The position numbers and the translations under genes are program-made. From Octopus vulgaris (Eukaryota), in contig OX597814.1 in NCBI GenBank assembly GCA_951406725.2, positions 160,766,001-160,830,000 of the forward strand: a DNA stretch of 64,000 nt. The letters run 5' to 3'. This document shows positions 38,482 to 51,760 of the stretch, piece after piece. The notes beneath the pieces are model-generated. The model was not told where the DNA came from. It searched no databases and saw only the letters and a program-made list of their open reading frames with translations. How positions within the stretch are numbered: the stretch's first letter is position 1; the number at the start of each line of letters is the position of its first letter.

Positions 38482-41400
38482 GTTAGTACCAACTAAGATC
38501 CTAAAACCTTCGTTGCTACCTGGGATCACTAACAGCTTTGCATCTTTTTATTTTATTTGGGGGTAAAACCTATTTTGTTTCATTTGTTTCTGTTTATATT
38601 GTGTGAGTCTGAATGAGAAAGAGGAAAAATAAATTAATATAAAATCTCATGTTGCATAAAGATTAATGTTTTAATCAACAAAAAGAAAAGTACAATTGTT
38701 TTATGGTGTATGGGGGTGAGGGAAACAAAGAATTTACATTGTTATTGGCAAGTAAGCACATACGAACACACACACACGTACTTGTTCAACATTTTCAATT
38801 TAGTGGTTTCACTAAATGGTATGATCTGGAATTGAAAGCAATTAAAATGTGAAGCAGTGGAACTTAACTTTCATATGAAGCAAAACATATAAGCAAAAAG
38901 TGTTCATGTGCAGAAAATAGAGGTATTAATTCAAAATTTATACACTTAGCAAGTGTTTTGAGATATAAAAGATGTAACATTAATAGATAAACAAGTTGCA
39001 TTCATATTTTATAAGTGTTCAAAATACAGTAAGTGGATTATTATTAAAACACGCAACAAGACAACAGATATAATAGAAGCTGTAAATTAAGCTTGGTTTC
39101 CTCAAAACCTGACCACTCGATGGCAAGAAGTGATAGTTTCGTAAAGGACTTATTTGTAACAGCATCTGCAACCACATTGCACACTTTGCTAGCTTCTCCA
39201 ACTGAACCCACATCTCAAACATTGAAACAATTACTGACTGCCACGAGGTAGGTCATTAGGAATTTTAAAATTGCCAACAGAACGAAGACAAAACTCAGTT
39301 TCAAGCAGTTATTAATGATCAGAAGTCATACCTGCATATCATGAAAATACATCTCATATCACTTATTATATAGATGATGTCAACATATATGGTCAAAACA
39401 GCAGAAATAAAAAACCTTTTTTCTTTTTGCTAAGACATGGCAGTGGCTTCTCAGAATAACATGCTTAGCAACTAAGACTACACTATAGCAGATTATCAAT
39501 GAAGCAAAAATGCAAAATTCTTTTCAAACACCATTAAACTATAGATATAACTGTCTTGTAAGGACTAAGTTTCATAGCTCCAGAGAAGAATTAGGCTAAG
39601 TGGTTCTTAAAACCTGCATATTATCATCATCATTTTAACATTCACTTTTCTGTATTTACACAGAATATCAAAAATTTTATTGAGTTGAATTTTTCAACTG
39701 CTGGATGCCTTTCCTATCACTAACTCTCACTGGTTTCCAAGTATGGCAATCTTTCCTTATAACCAGACATGTTTTCAAGAAAGATTAGGAATGAAGGACA
39801 CTGCTTGCATAATGGTGACATCCTTTTTCATCAGTTATGCAATATCATGACAAGGAGACAGCCACACACACAACGGGCTTCTTTCAGTTTCCATTTATCA
39901 AATCCACTCACAAGGTTTTGGTCAACTCAAGGTTATAGTAGACGTCACTAGCCCAAGATTTCACACAGTGAGAGTGGACTCAGAATCATGTGGTTGGAAA
40001 ACAAGCTACTTACCACATAGGTATGCCTACATATATCTTCAAAAGATATCTGATTTATTTGAGGGGTTATATTTTGGATATTAATCTCACAAAGATAATA
40101 TGACCATAGTTAATGCAACTCAACCTTTTTCTGTAACTGGCTAATTAGTTAGTTGGTAGAGGAGAAGAGTCCAGATAAACACTCATCCACATCCAGTACA
40201 TGGACATAATTAAAGACACATTTGTCAACCAGCTGACACAACACACTGGTTTTAATTGCACTGACCCATCTTTAGATCAGGATTACCCAACCTGAGCTAA
40301 AGGTCAATGTCAAATTGGCTCATGGAAGGAAGGTCATAAGCACTATCTTAGAATAGTTGGACTCCGTAGCATTCAAGAAGAGTGCTGAACAGCACCTGGT
40401 CTATTATGTAATTGAAGTTTGCTAATAAAAGAACACAACTTAGCAATGACTGTGGGATATTGAAAAGACTATGTTTGCTTTAATACCTGTAAAAATTTCA
40501 TGATTTCATTAATGGATCCTCAGCCAGAATGGAATCTTTGGTTTGGCTGAGCACAACTTCAACATATCAGAATCAGTTGAAGAATGATGACAAAGATGAT
40601 ACAGTAACATCAGGTTAGTGCCAGGATAGTTGTTTCAGAGTATCTGATAGCCATTTTTTTTTAAAGTGACAGTAAAACCGGAAAGTAGATTATTTATCAC
40701 AAATACTAGAAATTTCATATTGGAACCCTACACAAAAAGAACAGTACAAACTGTGATGACCTCAATAACAATATCATTTTCACTGGGTGTGGTGTTTTTC
40801 AGCCTGGAGACGATATTTTGATTTCATCTGCAGCTTACATATATCATCAACACCATATTGTTGAGTCACTGTTGCTTAACCACATGTCAGCCATGGCTGA
40901 GCACACCTATGATCAAAACCATCACACCCTTGACCATCTCATACTTTATTCAAGTAGTATATCTAGGATAGTATAATTCAACATGATATTTCATTTTTAA
41001 AGACAAGAGAGTGCAATTTAAGAGTGTTTCAGCTGCTAGAGGCTCATAAGATTAGACCAGTATCTAGTGCAGTAATTCCTATATCAAGATTATGATTTTT
41101 AAAATAATTTTGACCTTGTATTTTTCATTCAGTGTGGTGATATACTGGTACTTAATCTGATGGAGAGCTTTCAAATGTTATTGATGGAAGCATATTCCAG
41201 GGTCAAAGCAGTTTATTGTCTTAGCTAATTGTTACTTTAAATGTTATACTTCAATCAGTTGGAATGGTCTGATACTTAACTGGTCCTCCAATTACTGAGT
41301 GTTCAATCCAAGACCATCTGTACTGTTCTTTATGTGTAGGGTACCAATATGAAATTTCTAGTATTTGTGATATTACCTTTATATACTGACCATGTAGTAT

Positions 41401-44254
41401 CAACTCTAGCAGTTAAGGAGAATAAAATAATGCATATGATAAAACTTGAATTCCCCTTCATACCACACAGTTGGCAGAAATATCAAATGTTTCAAATTAT
41501 AAGTTGCAGATAAATTTTCACTTGTACCAGTGTAGTGGCTGAATTGTATTCGCTAACCAGCAGTTCAGTATAGTATGCAGACAACTGTCAAGAGCTTACA
41601 TATTCCAGTGACAATTGTTCAGGAAGTAATCCAACTAGCCATCATTATAGTAGGTGTTTAAGCATTTAGCATTTAAGCCAGCCATATCCAGCCCAAATAT
41701 TTTTATCTGTTTTATGGTCACACCAGCCAGATCTAACCTCTCACACTTACCCAACAACGTTGTTCTAAAAACAATCATATCAACAAAATCTAAAAGCTAC
41801 AATACATGGTTAATTCAAAACAATGTGAATAAATAAGCATTACAATTGACAGTAGTTTGAATAGTAAAGGGTTAAGATCAAATCAGCCCTAATTGAGTTG
41901 ACCTTATTAAAAAAAGACGTATTTCAATAGTTGTTTTGTATATTTATGGCTACATTGTCCATTGTGCCTGTGTTTTCATGATGGCAGATGTAATTTGTGG
42001 GATATTTGGTGACTATATTTATAGACAGTGGATGTGAATAATCACCACACCCAGAGATAGGCTCTTGAAGAAGTGCTTATATAGTTTTAAGTGATGCTGT
42101 AATGACAATTGTTCACAATTTAACAATGACACTGGAGCTCTAAAGCATATTACAATAAAACATAAGATTGTGAGCCTTTGGCAGCAAGTCTCTAAACTTC
42201 TTTTATACTCTCCACATAGGAAAAATAATCATAGTTTGCAGAACATTTAAGTGACTTTTAAAAAGGAGATCCTCCTCCATGTTCTTTTGAAAAATAAAAA
42301 ATTTGTAAATTAACACTAAATATGAATTAATGATAATAAAATGAGTTGACCCTGATAATTATTGTTTTACACGGTCACGAAAAACACACTTAAAATGTAC
42401 AAATGGGGGCTACAAAGCTACACAATCAGCTTGAAATAGCAGCCAAAATCTTTCTGAAGTTGCCCTCTACCATTTCAGAAATATAATGCAAAGAAATATA
42501 GGATTATTTAGTCCTTGATAAAATATACTTGAAAACAAGATGTGACAGCCAAAGTAGGAATACCTTTGTCCAATCTGAGCCGAGGCTAAACAACAAAAGT
42601 AAAACTTGAAATTCTACATTAAAGAAATTGATGTTGGAATGACTAAAGCACTAATGTGTCATGGTATACCATTTGGAAAATAAAGATTTTAAACTAAACA
42701 GAAAATCAGTAACAAAAATTGGATAGGTACAACTGTTTGGAGAATGATTTGCAAATAAACTTTAATTGTTAGTTTAGTCAACTAGTAATTAAGTAAATTT
42801 GATGCTGTATAAAAAAAAAAACTAGTGTTGATTTTTTTTTTCTTTTTATGGCATAAGCTTAGTCAGAGTAGGAAGGGCATCATCCATGACCTTTTGCAGG
42901 ACTTCCAAAATTGGTATGAGGTGAAAGAAAAGAACCATGACACGTATTGTTACTGCAATAGATTATAACACATCAAGATGTCAAGTTATCCTCTCATCAG
43001 AGGTCTGGTCTAAAAGTGATGGTTAAATAATCTATATTACCAAATACAATTTTCTGTGCATATTGTCTGCATGGCATTCTAACTTACAGACTCAGCTCCT
43101 TGAAAGGCTATACCAACAAAGACCAAATATTAGGAAGCATGGTAACCCCAAGAGTGTTCCTATGCTACTTTTTTTTCTCCACCAGCCTGCAACACAAATT
43201 CAGGCCACCCTATAACATCTTTAGATCTTACAACCAGCAACATGCAAAATAAGAAGTGTAACAATGGAACCAGACATGTTGAGAGCAAACAAGTAGGAGA
43301 TTGGTTACAGAGTTATATTTAACCTCTTCAGAAATAGAATGACAATCAGTGAAAATAATTAATATTTTTGGAATTTGGAACTCTTTTAGCAGTAATGCAC
43401 TCTTCAAGTTGGTTTGAACAGAATTTTTGTTATCAATTAAGTCCTTTCACTCCAGATAAAATCAAATTTGAATTTGGAAACAGTAAAGATTTATTGAAGC
43501 CATCTCATGTTTTCTTTTTAATAGATTCTTCAACTTTATGATCTTACTAAAGGCCAAAGTCCCAACAGCATTTTACAGCAGTCAGACTATAAATCTGCCC
43601 AGGGAGTAACTTTTTGGCTAGTGAGAAATAATGAGTTCTAACAATTGGTAATAAATTGTTGAAATTGGTTAACTCTATGGAAAATTAAAACATGGATTTA
43701 AACTCAAAGAGGGATTATATCATATGCAGAGTGGTGTAATATATAATGAAGTTATTTAACGAGAAGTGGATAAAAAGAAAATCACACACACACAAAGAAC
43801 TATCCCTAAATTTAAGTGTTCACTGTACAAAACTATGACATAATAGTTAGAGCTTTGAAACTCTGTACTGGTAATATGAGGTTTGAGTTCAAAGCCAGCA
43901 TTAAAATGTTTGTAAGATAAATTGATGGCAGAATCAAAAGAGTATCAAACAAAAATGCCATGTTTCACTTGGTTCTGTCTCTTTATAGTCTGAGTTCAAA
44001 TTCTACCCAAGTTCACTTTGCTTTTCATTTTCCCCAAGTAAGTAATAAAATAGTGGGGACACTGTTGTTAATTATAGAAGGCGGTGCCTCAGCATGGCCA
44101 ATGACTGGAACAAGTAAAAGAATAGTGTATCTAATGATTATCAGAGAATGAAGCATTGTAAACACAGTCAAGAACAAAGATACAGGAAAAAGAAAACTGA
44201 AAGGCATATTGTGTAAGTAATGTGTATGAGAAAATAATAAAAATTACAGTTTCT

Positions 44255-46090
44255 TTTTCGGGATTCTCAGATCTTGAATTTCCAGGAAATGTTGTTGATA
44301 ATGAGTATTTCAATGGGTATTTCCTATGATTGTATTCTATTTCCTGGGAATTTCTGAACATTTAAAAATTACAAGTTACAAGAATGTGTTTAAGTGTTCA
44401 AGAGGTCCATGTGATCTTTTACACTATTTAAAGATAGGTCACAAAGGCATTTTGTCAGGAACAAATACAATTGCAATAGACAAACCTCTTTCAAAAAGAA
44501 TCAACAAAAAATATTCTTTGCGGTAAAACAGACAGAGACTATAGAAGAAATACATATCCAAATTAGTTGCTATTGACAGAGTTTCCATGAATGCAATACT
44601 TAAAAATGCTTTTATTAAGAAAGCTATTACAGATAAAAGGTCTGATTTTACCAAAGAATGGGTCTCATTTAATGTAAATGATTCAACATCAATATAAATT
44701 GAAAAAAAAATTCTGATTATTAAAATAACTAAATGAAAGAGGAACTCTGAAAAAATTCAGTATTTCTATAGATGAACATATATCTTTGTGTAAATGTATA
44801 TTCATGTAAATATACACTCGTATAGTAAATTCTGAAACTTAGGAATGATCAGAATTTATGAAAGTTTACTTGCTGGAAAATGTTTCAACTTTTAGAAGCA
44901 AAGCTTTCTGTGATCAATCCTGAATTGAAAAAATATTTTGCAGTCATGACTGATGGCGCAAGCATTGTGGTAAAAATTTGGCAAGAATATTAACAGCAAG
45001 TATCAAGTTTGTTGTGTATTTGAATTTCATTTGTCTATTAGTAACGTTCTTTAGAAGAAAACTAAATCAAATTCTAATGAAGGTAATTTAATTAATAAAA
45101 CTTGCAATGACAAATTTAAAGATACATTTGAAGAGGAGGATGATTAAAATGTACATTCTTCAGATATGAATCTGGTTGATAATCATGTCATTCTGCTACA
45201 AACTGAATGGTACCTATTGCAGAAGATCTCTCCACTGAAGAAAATGGCCATATCATTAAATATACAAGAACAGTTGCCAGTTCATTTCATAGGTTCCAAG
45301 ATGAAATACTTCAGAAATATGTTAGAGGGAAACATGGTCATGAAGTGCCATTAATAAATCAAATGCAATAGTTTATTTACAATCTTAGAACAATTCTTAC
45401 ATCTTAAACACTGTATTGCAAAAGTCATATTTGATATAAGTAACCTCTTGACCAAGACAATTAATTTAATGCTATTCATGTTCTTATATTAGCAATGGAA
45501 CTAATTAGAATAGAAGCTGAAAACCTCAGTCATGGAAACGCAACCTTGATCATATCTATTATTCTAGAAGAATTGAATCAACGAAATACACCAAAGTTTC
45601 TCTTGCTGAGAGAATATGCCACAAGAAAAAAAAAATCATACAGCAAATGAATGAAAACCTGATTAGATTTATTAGTTATTTAAATAATCGTCTTTTAAAT
45701 TGGATGCAACTGACTCTTGACTAATTTTCCCATCAGAAGCCTCATAGCAAAATAACACAACCTGTATGTAAGACTGTTCATTACATAGTTGGCAGAATAT
45801 TCTACTTTGCATCCCAAATCTGAATCCATGACAGTCAAAGGTACCCACACTCAAAGCTGTTGTAAACAATTAAAAGAGCATTTATCTTATGATTAAAAAA
45901 AAAACACTAACAAAAACAAAATGCTCAAAATTGCTGAGAAATTGTTCTCTGTCTCAGTACCATTTCTCCAGCTTCCACTGAAGCAAAGAAGACCATTTTA
46001 CATATTGTTTTTTTTTCTTTTTTTGTTTTGTTTTTTGGGGTTTTTTTTACAGTTATAAAATTACAGCCAATTTTAAGTGACAGCATCATC
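44255..46090 (+). mobile_element. Decayed hAT-superfamily transposon
   Basis: Collinear relics: ttcc(t/a)ggga subterminal motifs, BED-like KCSRGPCDLLHYLKIGH, ISKLVAIDRVSMNAI, SIDEH (LDEW), LGMIRI, AVMTDGASIVVK, YQVCCVFEFHL (CxxH), KCNSLFTILEQFL (RWNS) and STEAKKT (SxxxERxFS). Confidence 0.75.
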
Positions 46091-46665
46091 AATAGTTTAT
46101 GCTTAATAGTTTATCTTTTACACTGGACTATGGCCATGCTGGGGCACCACCTTCAAAGGTTTACTCAAATAAATCAACCCCAATATTAATTTTTTAATCT
46201 GGTACTTTTTCTTTCAATCTCTTTTTACCAAAACATTTAGTGACAGGGATGTAAACAAACTAATACTGATCGTCAAGTAGTGATGGATAACAAACACAAG
46301 GACACACACAAAAACACGCACACAAATATAGATATATAAACAATGGGCTTCCACACAGTTTCCATTTACTGAATTCACTAACAAGGTATCAATCAGCCTA
46401 AGGTTATAAAAGAAAACATTTGTCCAATGTACAATAAGACTGAACCTGAAACCACATTGTTTCAAAGTGAGCTTCTTAACCACAGAGCCATCTTCGTTGT
46501 TTTCTTTTATTTGTTTGTTTTTGTTTACATAAACCATTAGCCCGTTAACATTTTCCATATATATCATCATTTAACATCTGTTTTCTATGCTGACATAGGT
46601 TGGATGGTTTGACAGGAGCTGGTTAGGCAGAAGACTGCACCAGGCTTCTGCCTAACCAGCAGAAT

Positions 46666-46872
46666 AAGGCAGCAAGCTGGCAGAAATGTTAGCACACCGG
46701 GCGAAATGCTCAACGGTATTTCATCTGCCATTATGTTCTGAGTTCAACTTTGCCTTTCATCCTTTCAGGGTCAATAGATTAAATACCAGTTACGCACTGG
46801 GGTCAATGTAATCAACTTAATCCCTTTGTCTGTCCCCTCTATGTTTAGCCCCTTGTGGGCAATAAAGAAATA
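46666..46872 (+). mobile_element. tRNA-headed SINE nested inside an RTE 3' fragment (46564-46960)
   Basis: Head ggcagcaagctggcagaaatgttagc; 19-bp TSD agaagactgcaccaggctt at 46629-46647 and 46873-46891. Confidence 0.9.
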
Positions 46873-47485
46873 AGAAGACTGCACCAGGCTTTACTGCCTG
46901 TTTTGGCAGGGTTTTTACGGCTGAATGCCCTCCCTAACACCAACCACCTTACAGAGTGGACTATATACACCTGTTATTTTAATGGGATAAACTTGTATGC
47001 TCACTATCCTTTCTTTTTAGTGACCAAAACTCTAAATCTTCAAATAAGAGGGTTAAACATGAAAAGTAAGAGTTCAGGTTTATTCTTGGGAAATTTCCAC
47101 TGTTTTATACTTACTATTAACCAGAAATGACAAGTGCCAGGAAACTGAGAAATACTATCAATAGCAAGTGATCATTTAACAAAATGACCTAACATCTGTA
47201 TAAAACTGAAACAAAATGTTTGTTACATGATCGTTTTGATAGTTTCATTAACAATGCATAATACAATGACTCATACTGGGAAAAATTCTTAATATGCGTT
47301 TGTGTGGATGTGTGTGTTTATTTATTTATATATCTGACTGGAGCTGCACTAGGCTTCAATTTGTTTTGGCAAGGGTATCCAGCTATAGAAACCAAGCCAA
47401 AACAGACTAGAGCATGGTGAAGCTCCAGTCAAACCCCTCTAACACATGCCAGCATGGAAAATGGACAATAAATAATGATGATGGC

Positions 47486-47487
<2 letters not shown>

Positions 47488-47545
<58 letters not shown>

Positions 47546-47578
47546 CATACATATACATATACATACATACATACATAC
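47488..47578. repeat. (TA)n/(TACA)n microsatellite
   Basis: Direct reading; other (TA)n tracts near 12205, 47893, 47994 and 62617. Confidence 0.95.
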
Positions 47579-47796
47579 ACAACTTATAAGTAAGGGCTAA
47601 AGAAAATTATTTCAATGCCAATAACAGACTATTAAATCGTCAATTTCCACATATAATTTACTCGCTACAGAAAAAACCAAAGAACTTCGTTTTTTTCTGT
47701 AGCGAGTAAATTATATGTGGAAATTGACGATTTAATAGTCTGTTATCAGCCTATTGGCATTGAAATAATTTTCTTTAGCCCTTACTTATAAGTTGT
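47579..47796. repeat. Long inverted repeat with 98/106-bp arms and a 14-nt spacer
   Basis: 47579-47676 is the reverse complement of 47691-47796 apart from one 8-nt indel. Confidence 0.95.
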
Positions 47797-47988
47797 TTAT
47801 AATTTTAACCGTAAAGGTATTTTAATATGCTGCCACATTTTTTGATGAAATTTTTTTTCTGTAGAGAAAAAAACTTCATCCTATATTTGTAGTATATATA
47901 TATATATATATATACGTTTAAATATTTGTTGTGCAAGATTTATTGCAAGTTTATTGGCTAAACTGGCAAAATGACCATTCCGAAATAT

Positions 47989-48037
<49 letters not shown>

Positions 48038-50152
48038 AATCTTTCATCTTTTTCTTGTTTCAGTATTTGGAGCAATGCCTTGAAGAGTTTAGTCAAACAA
48101 ATCAACCTTAGAATATCTAAGTCTAGTGGGTCTTTTTCCTTTGGCCAAGCAGCTGAGTTATGGTGATGTAAAGAAGCCTACACCAGTTGCCAAAAGCAGA
48201 GAGAGAGAGGCTTCCACACAAATTTCATCTACCAAATGCATTCACAATGCATTGGTTCACCCATGGATATAGTAGAAGACACTTGCCCAAAGTGGCTGCA
48301 TAGTAGGACTGAACCGGAAACCACGTGGACCACAGAGCCATGCATATCCACAAACACACAGACACATAAATGCATAAGGTAGAACAGAAAGAACACAACA
48401 AACAGAAACCATCAAAACACAACATGCGGAAAAAAGCATGATAGCACAACAATGGCAAACAGGACAAAACAAGATACAGTCGGAGTCCGGAATATCTTTG
48501 TAGTTTCGCCCTCACTTATCTCCGATACTACTCAAAACTGGCTGTGCCAAGGACTTAAGCTAAAAGCATTAAGCCTCTGGGAAAGGCAAACGAACGTACA
48601 TATACTAAAACAAATAAGTAAACAACAGAATGGGTCTTTCAACCACCAGATGAACATAACATATGGAATAGAATTATACATATACAATGTACAAACGCCT
48701 TTTGGCTACACAACAAAAGGAAAATAATCATACAATTACAACAAAAGTAAAACAAAACCAACAGGGTGTTTCAACTATCAGACGAGTATAGTAAGCTAGT
48801 GCAAAGAAAATGGAAATGGAAAATATCTTAACAGACCAGGCGGCAGAACAGAACAAACATGACCAGTCACAAAGGTGGTCGGCCAAAAAAGGACAACAAT
48901 GCCTGAACTGGACAGTGATCATGTGATAGAGGAGGAGAGGAGTTGAAGAGGGCAGAGGGACTAAGGAATAGGAGAGAGGGGAACACACACATGGCTGAAG
49001 CCAAATTCCAAAAGCAATATTTTCTGATTGAGAAAACATCTTCAAAATAAATCAGAAACTTATTTCCATTATTATCAGCTTTGCCATATATCTTTTGGTC
49101 AGTTTGCTACTGCTTTTCATGTATACCATCCTAAATTTAAATGCACATTACCCACTTTCACCATACATAGAGAAGTAAGTTTAAAACAATACACACACAC
49201 ACACATACACACACATATATATATATATAGGTACAGGCGTGGTTGTGTGGTAAGAAGCTTGCTTCCCAACCACATAGTTTCAGGTTCAGTCCTACTGTGG
49301 GACACCTTGGACACAAGTGTCTTCTACTATAGTTTTGGGCCAACCAAAGCCTTGTGAGTAGGTTTGGTAAACAGATATTGAATGAAGCCCATCTTTGACA
49401 AACAAGTAACGCACATATATTGAATATGTGTATCAATAATATGTATACATTGTGAGATCATGGGTTCAATTCCCAGACCAGTGCCAACATTTTTTATCAA
49501 AAAAATTTAACAAGAAAAAAGTTTGGGGAATCTGAAATGAAAACCAAACTGCTGTAAAAACAAACCACAAAAAAGGAACACTACATCATTGAAATACTAT
49601 AGGAAGTATTCTTTATAATTATTTGTTTTGAGATGATGGAATTGGTGAAAACAGTAAGTAAATAGATTTAAATTTAAATTCTTATTGGTATCAATCTTGT
49701 CTTTTACTCTATAAGGAGTAATATGAAACAAAAACTAGTAATAAACAAGAGATGAATTGAATTGACTAATGTACATCACAAACAAAAAAAATATTGTCTA
49801 GTAATTGGTATAATTGTTATTATCACTATTAGAAATTATAAATAACCATTGATAGCTTTCTTTGCAGAGGATAACTTGAAAAAAGATTTCATAAGTTAAT
49901 AATTTAACATTTCACTTAAGCATTGCAAGACTAATAACCTGGTGTACAACTCAATCTAAATATACTTCAGAATGAAGCATTAGTCGAATGCAGAGCCATA
50001 ATAAGGAAAGAGATGACAAAGGAATAAACAATTATCTTATGAACTTCATTAGCTTATGACTGTTTCTGCTACAAGATGCAGTGAGCTCATAGCTGAATGT
50101 CTGAGTAACACCTTATAGCTTCGTTGGAGCCCTAACTTAAAATTTTATATCT

Positions 50153-50381
50153 TTAACCCTTTCGTTACCAACCCGGCCAAAACCGGCTCTGGCTCTGTAA
50201 TACAAATGTCTTGTTTTCATAAGTTTTGCATTAAAATATACTACCAAACCTTAGTCACAATTTATGTTCATAATACTTGCTGAATGATAACTAAGTTATT
50301 TTACTCAATTCTTTGTTATATTTAAAATAATTGAAAGAAACACAGAGCATCTCAAAATAAATACAGTAACGAAAGGGTTAA
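50153..50381 (+). mobile_element. MITE family B copy
   Basis: TTAA|ccctttcgttac ... gtaacgaaaggg|TTAA with perfect 12-bp TIRs. Confidence 0.9.
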
Positions 50382-50691
50382 AATAAAGTTCCCTCCACTC
50401 CCATGATTCTAAATAAAAAAAAGCAAGTGAAGTCCTTCCCATTCATAGTTGCAAAGTTAAATTTTACAGCAAAAACAAAAAAATTATGAAAAAATAATAA
50501 AATAATCTTATGGTAGGTTAAGAATTTCTTGCAATTTCTTTTTTAACTACTAAGAACTGAAACAACTCTAGATGTAACCGCTGCTGTGTTACTTTGCCAA
50601 CTTAATGAAAACTAGGAATACAACCAATAATCAGTGTTCAGTATGGTCTGTGCAATGAAGAGAAGTTCAAGGAATTTCTAACAGGCTTTGC

Positions 50692-51760
50692 TACATACAT
50701 ACGTACGTATATACATACATACATGATGGCTGTCCATTCATGACCAAGGAATACCCTTGCTGACCTTCAGGAACATTGTGTACTCTAGGACTAACTTATA
50801 TTTTGTATTTGTGGCTTTGTTGGTGGTTAATGAACCCTGCTCTTGACAAGCATACACAACTACAAACATTGCAGACCAAGCTTTCCCCATTCACTACACC
50901 AGCTGTGCGCTTTCGTGAACATGCTTAAGTTCTTCATGCTGAATGTGCTCTCTCAAAAGTGTCGACCCCATCCTTAACCTATCTCCTCCATCTGTGATGA
51001 TGACAGGCATTGTTCTCCCAGTTAGTCTCCTGCATATCACAGGCCTTTAATGAGGACTTGACACAGTCCTTAAATCGCAGCCTTGGTTTTTGCCGGGGTC
51101 GCTTTCCATTCACAAGTTCTCCATATAGCATCTGCTTAGGGATCCTGCTATCCTTCATTCTAATAACGTGTCCAGTCCAACGTAACCATTGCTTGGGCAC
51201 CCTCGCCTCAATGCTCAAGGTATCAGCTGTCCTCAGGACCTGTGTGTCTGGAATTTTTAAGGTCCAACCAACATTGAGAATATGTATGAGACATCTCTGA
51301 TGAAAGCGTTCAAGGACCCTTACATGACGCTTGTAAAGGGTCTATGTCTCACATGAGTAAAGTAGCAATATCAGTACACATGCATGGTACACAGTAATTT
51401 TTGTTTGTCTTCTGATGCTATGCTGGGACCAGACACGAGACTGAAGAGACTGGAAGGTTCACTACAGTTCACCTTTTCTAGAACCTCCCAGTGGTCTTTC
51501 AGCACACCAAACACCATCCCAGAATTTCTGCGTACCCATGTTAATGTTACATAGCCATTGAGCCTGCACTAGGTTTATTCAACCTTTCCACAGGTCTTGT
51601 TTTTAACCCTGCTGGGTTTCTAGCAACCCTCCTCACCAGGATAGCCTGGAGGGGGGTGCCAGTTTAGTTGCTGGCAACCCAACCATGCAACAAGTTGTAC
51701 TGGATTATATGTTACCAATATGAGAGCCTAAGTGACCTGACATACATACATACATACATG
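50692..51760 (-). mobile_element. Internally deleted RTE (BovB-like) LINE flanked by (CATA)n
   Basis: ORF2 C-terminus LRWTGHVIRMKDSRIPKQMLYGEL..RPRQKPRLRFKD, with an upstream LLYSCET motif; (TATG)n tail on the minus strand. Confidence 0.9.

Noticed and set aside
48330-49010. Repeat-like block checked for hammerhead motifs (also other ctgatga hits, near 38035, 52075 and 53092)
   Set aside because: No CUGANGA-stem-GAAA arrangement with pairing could be built.
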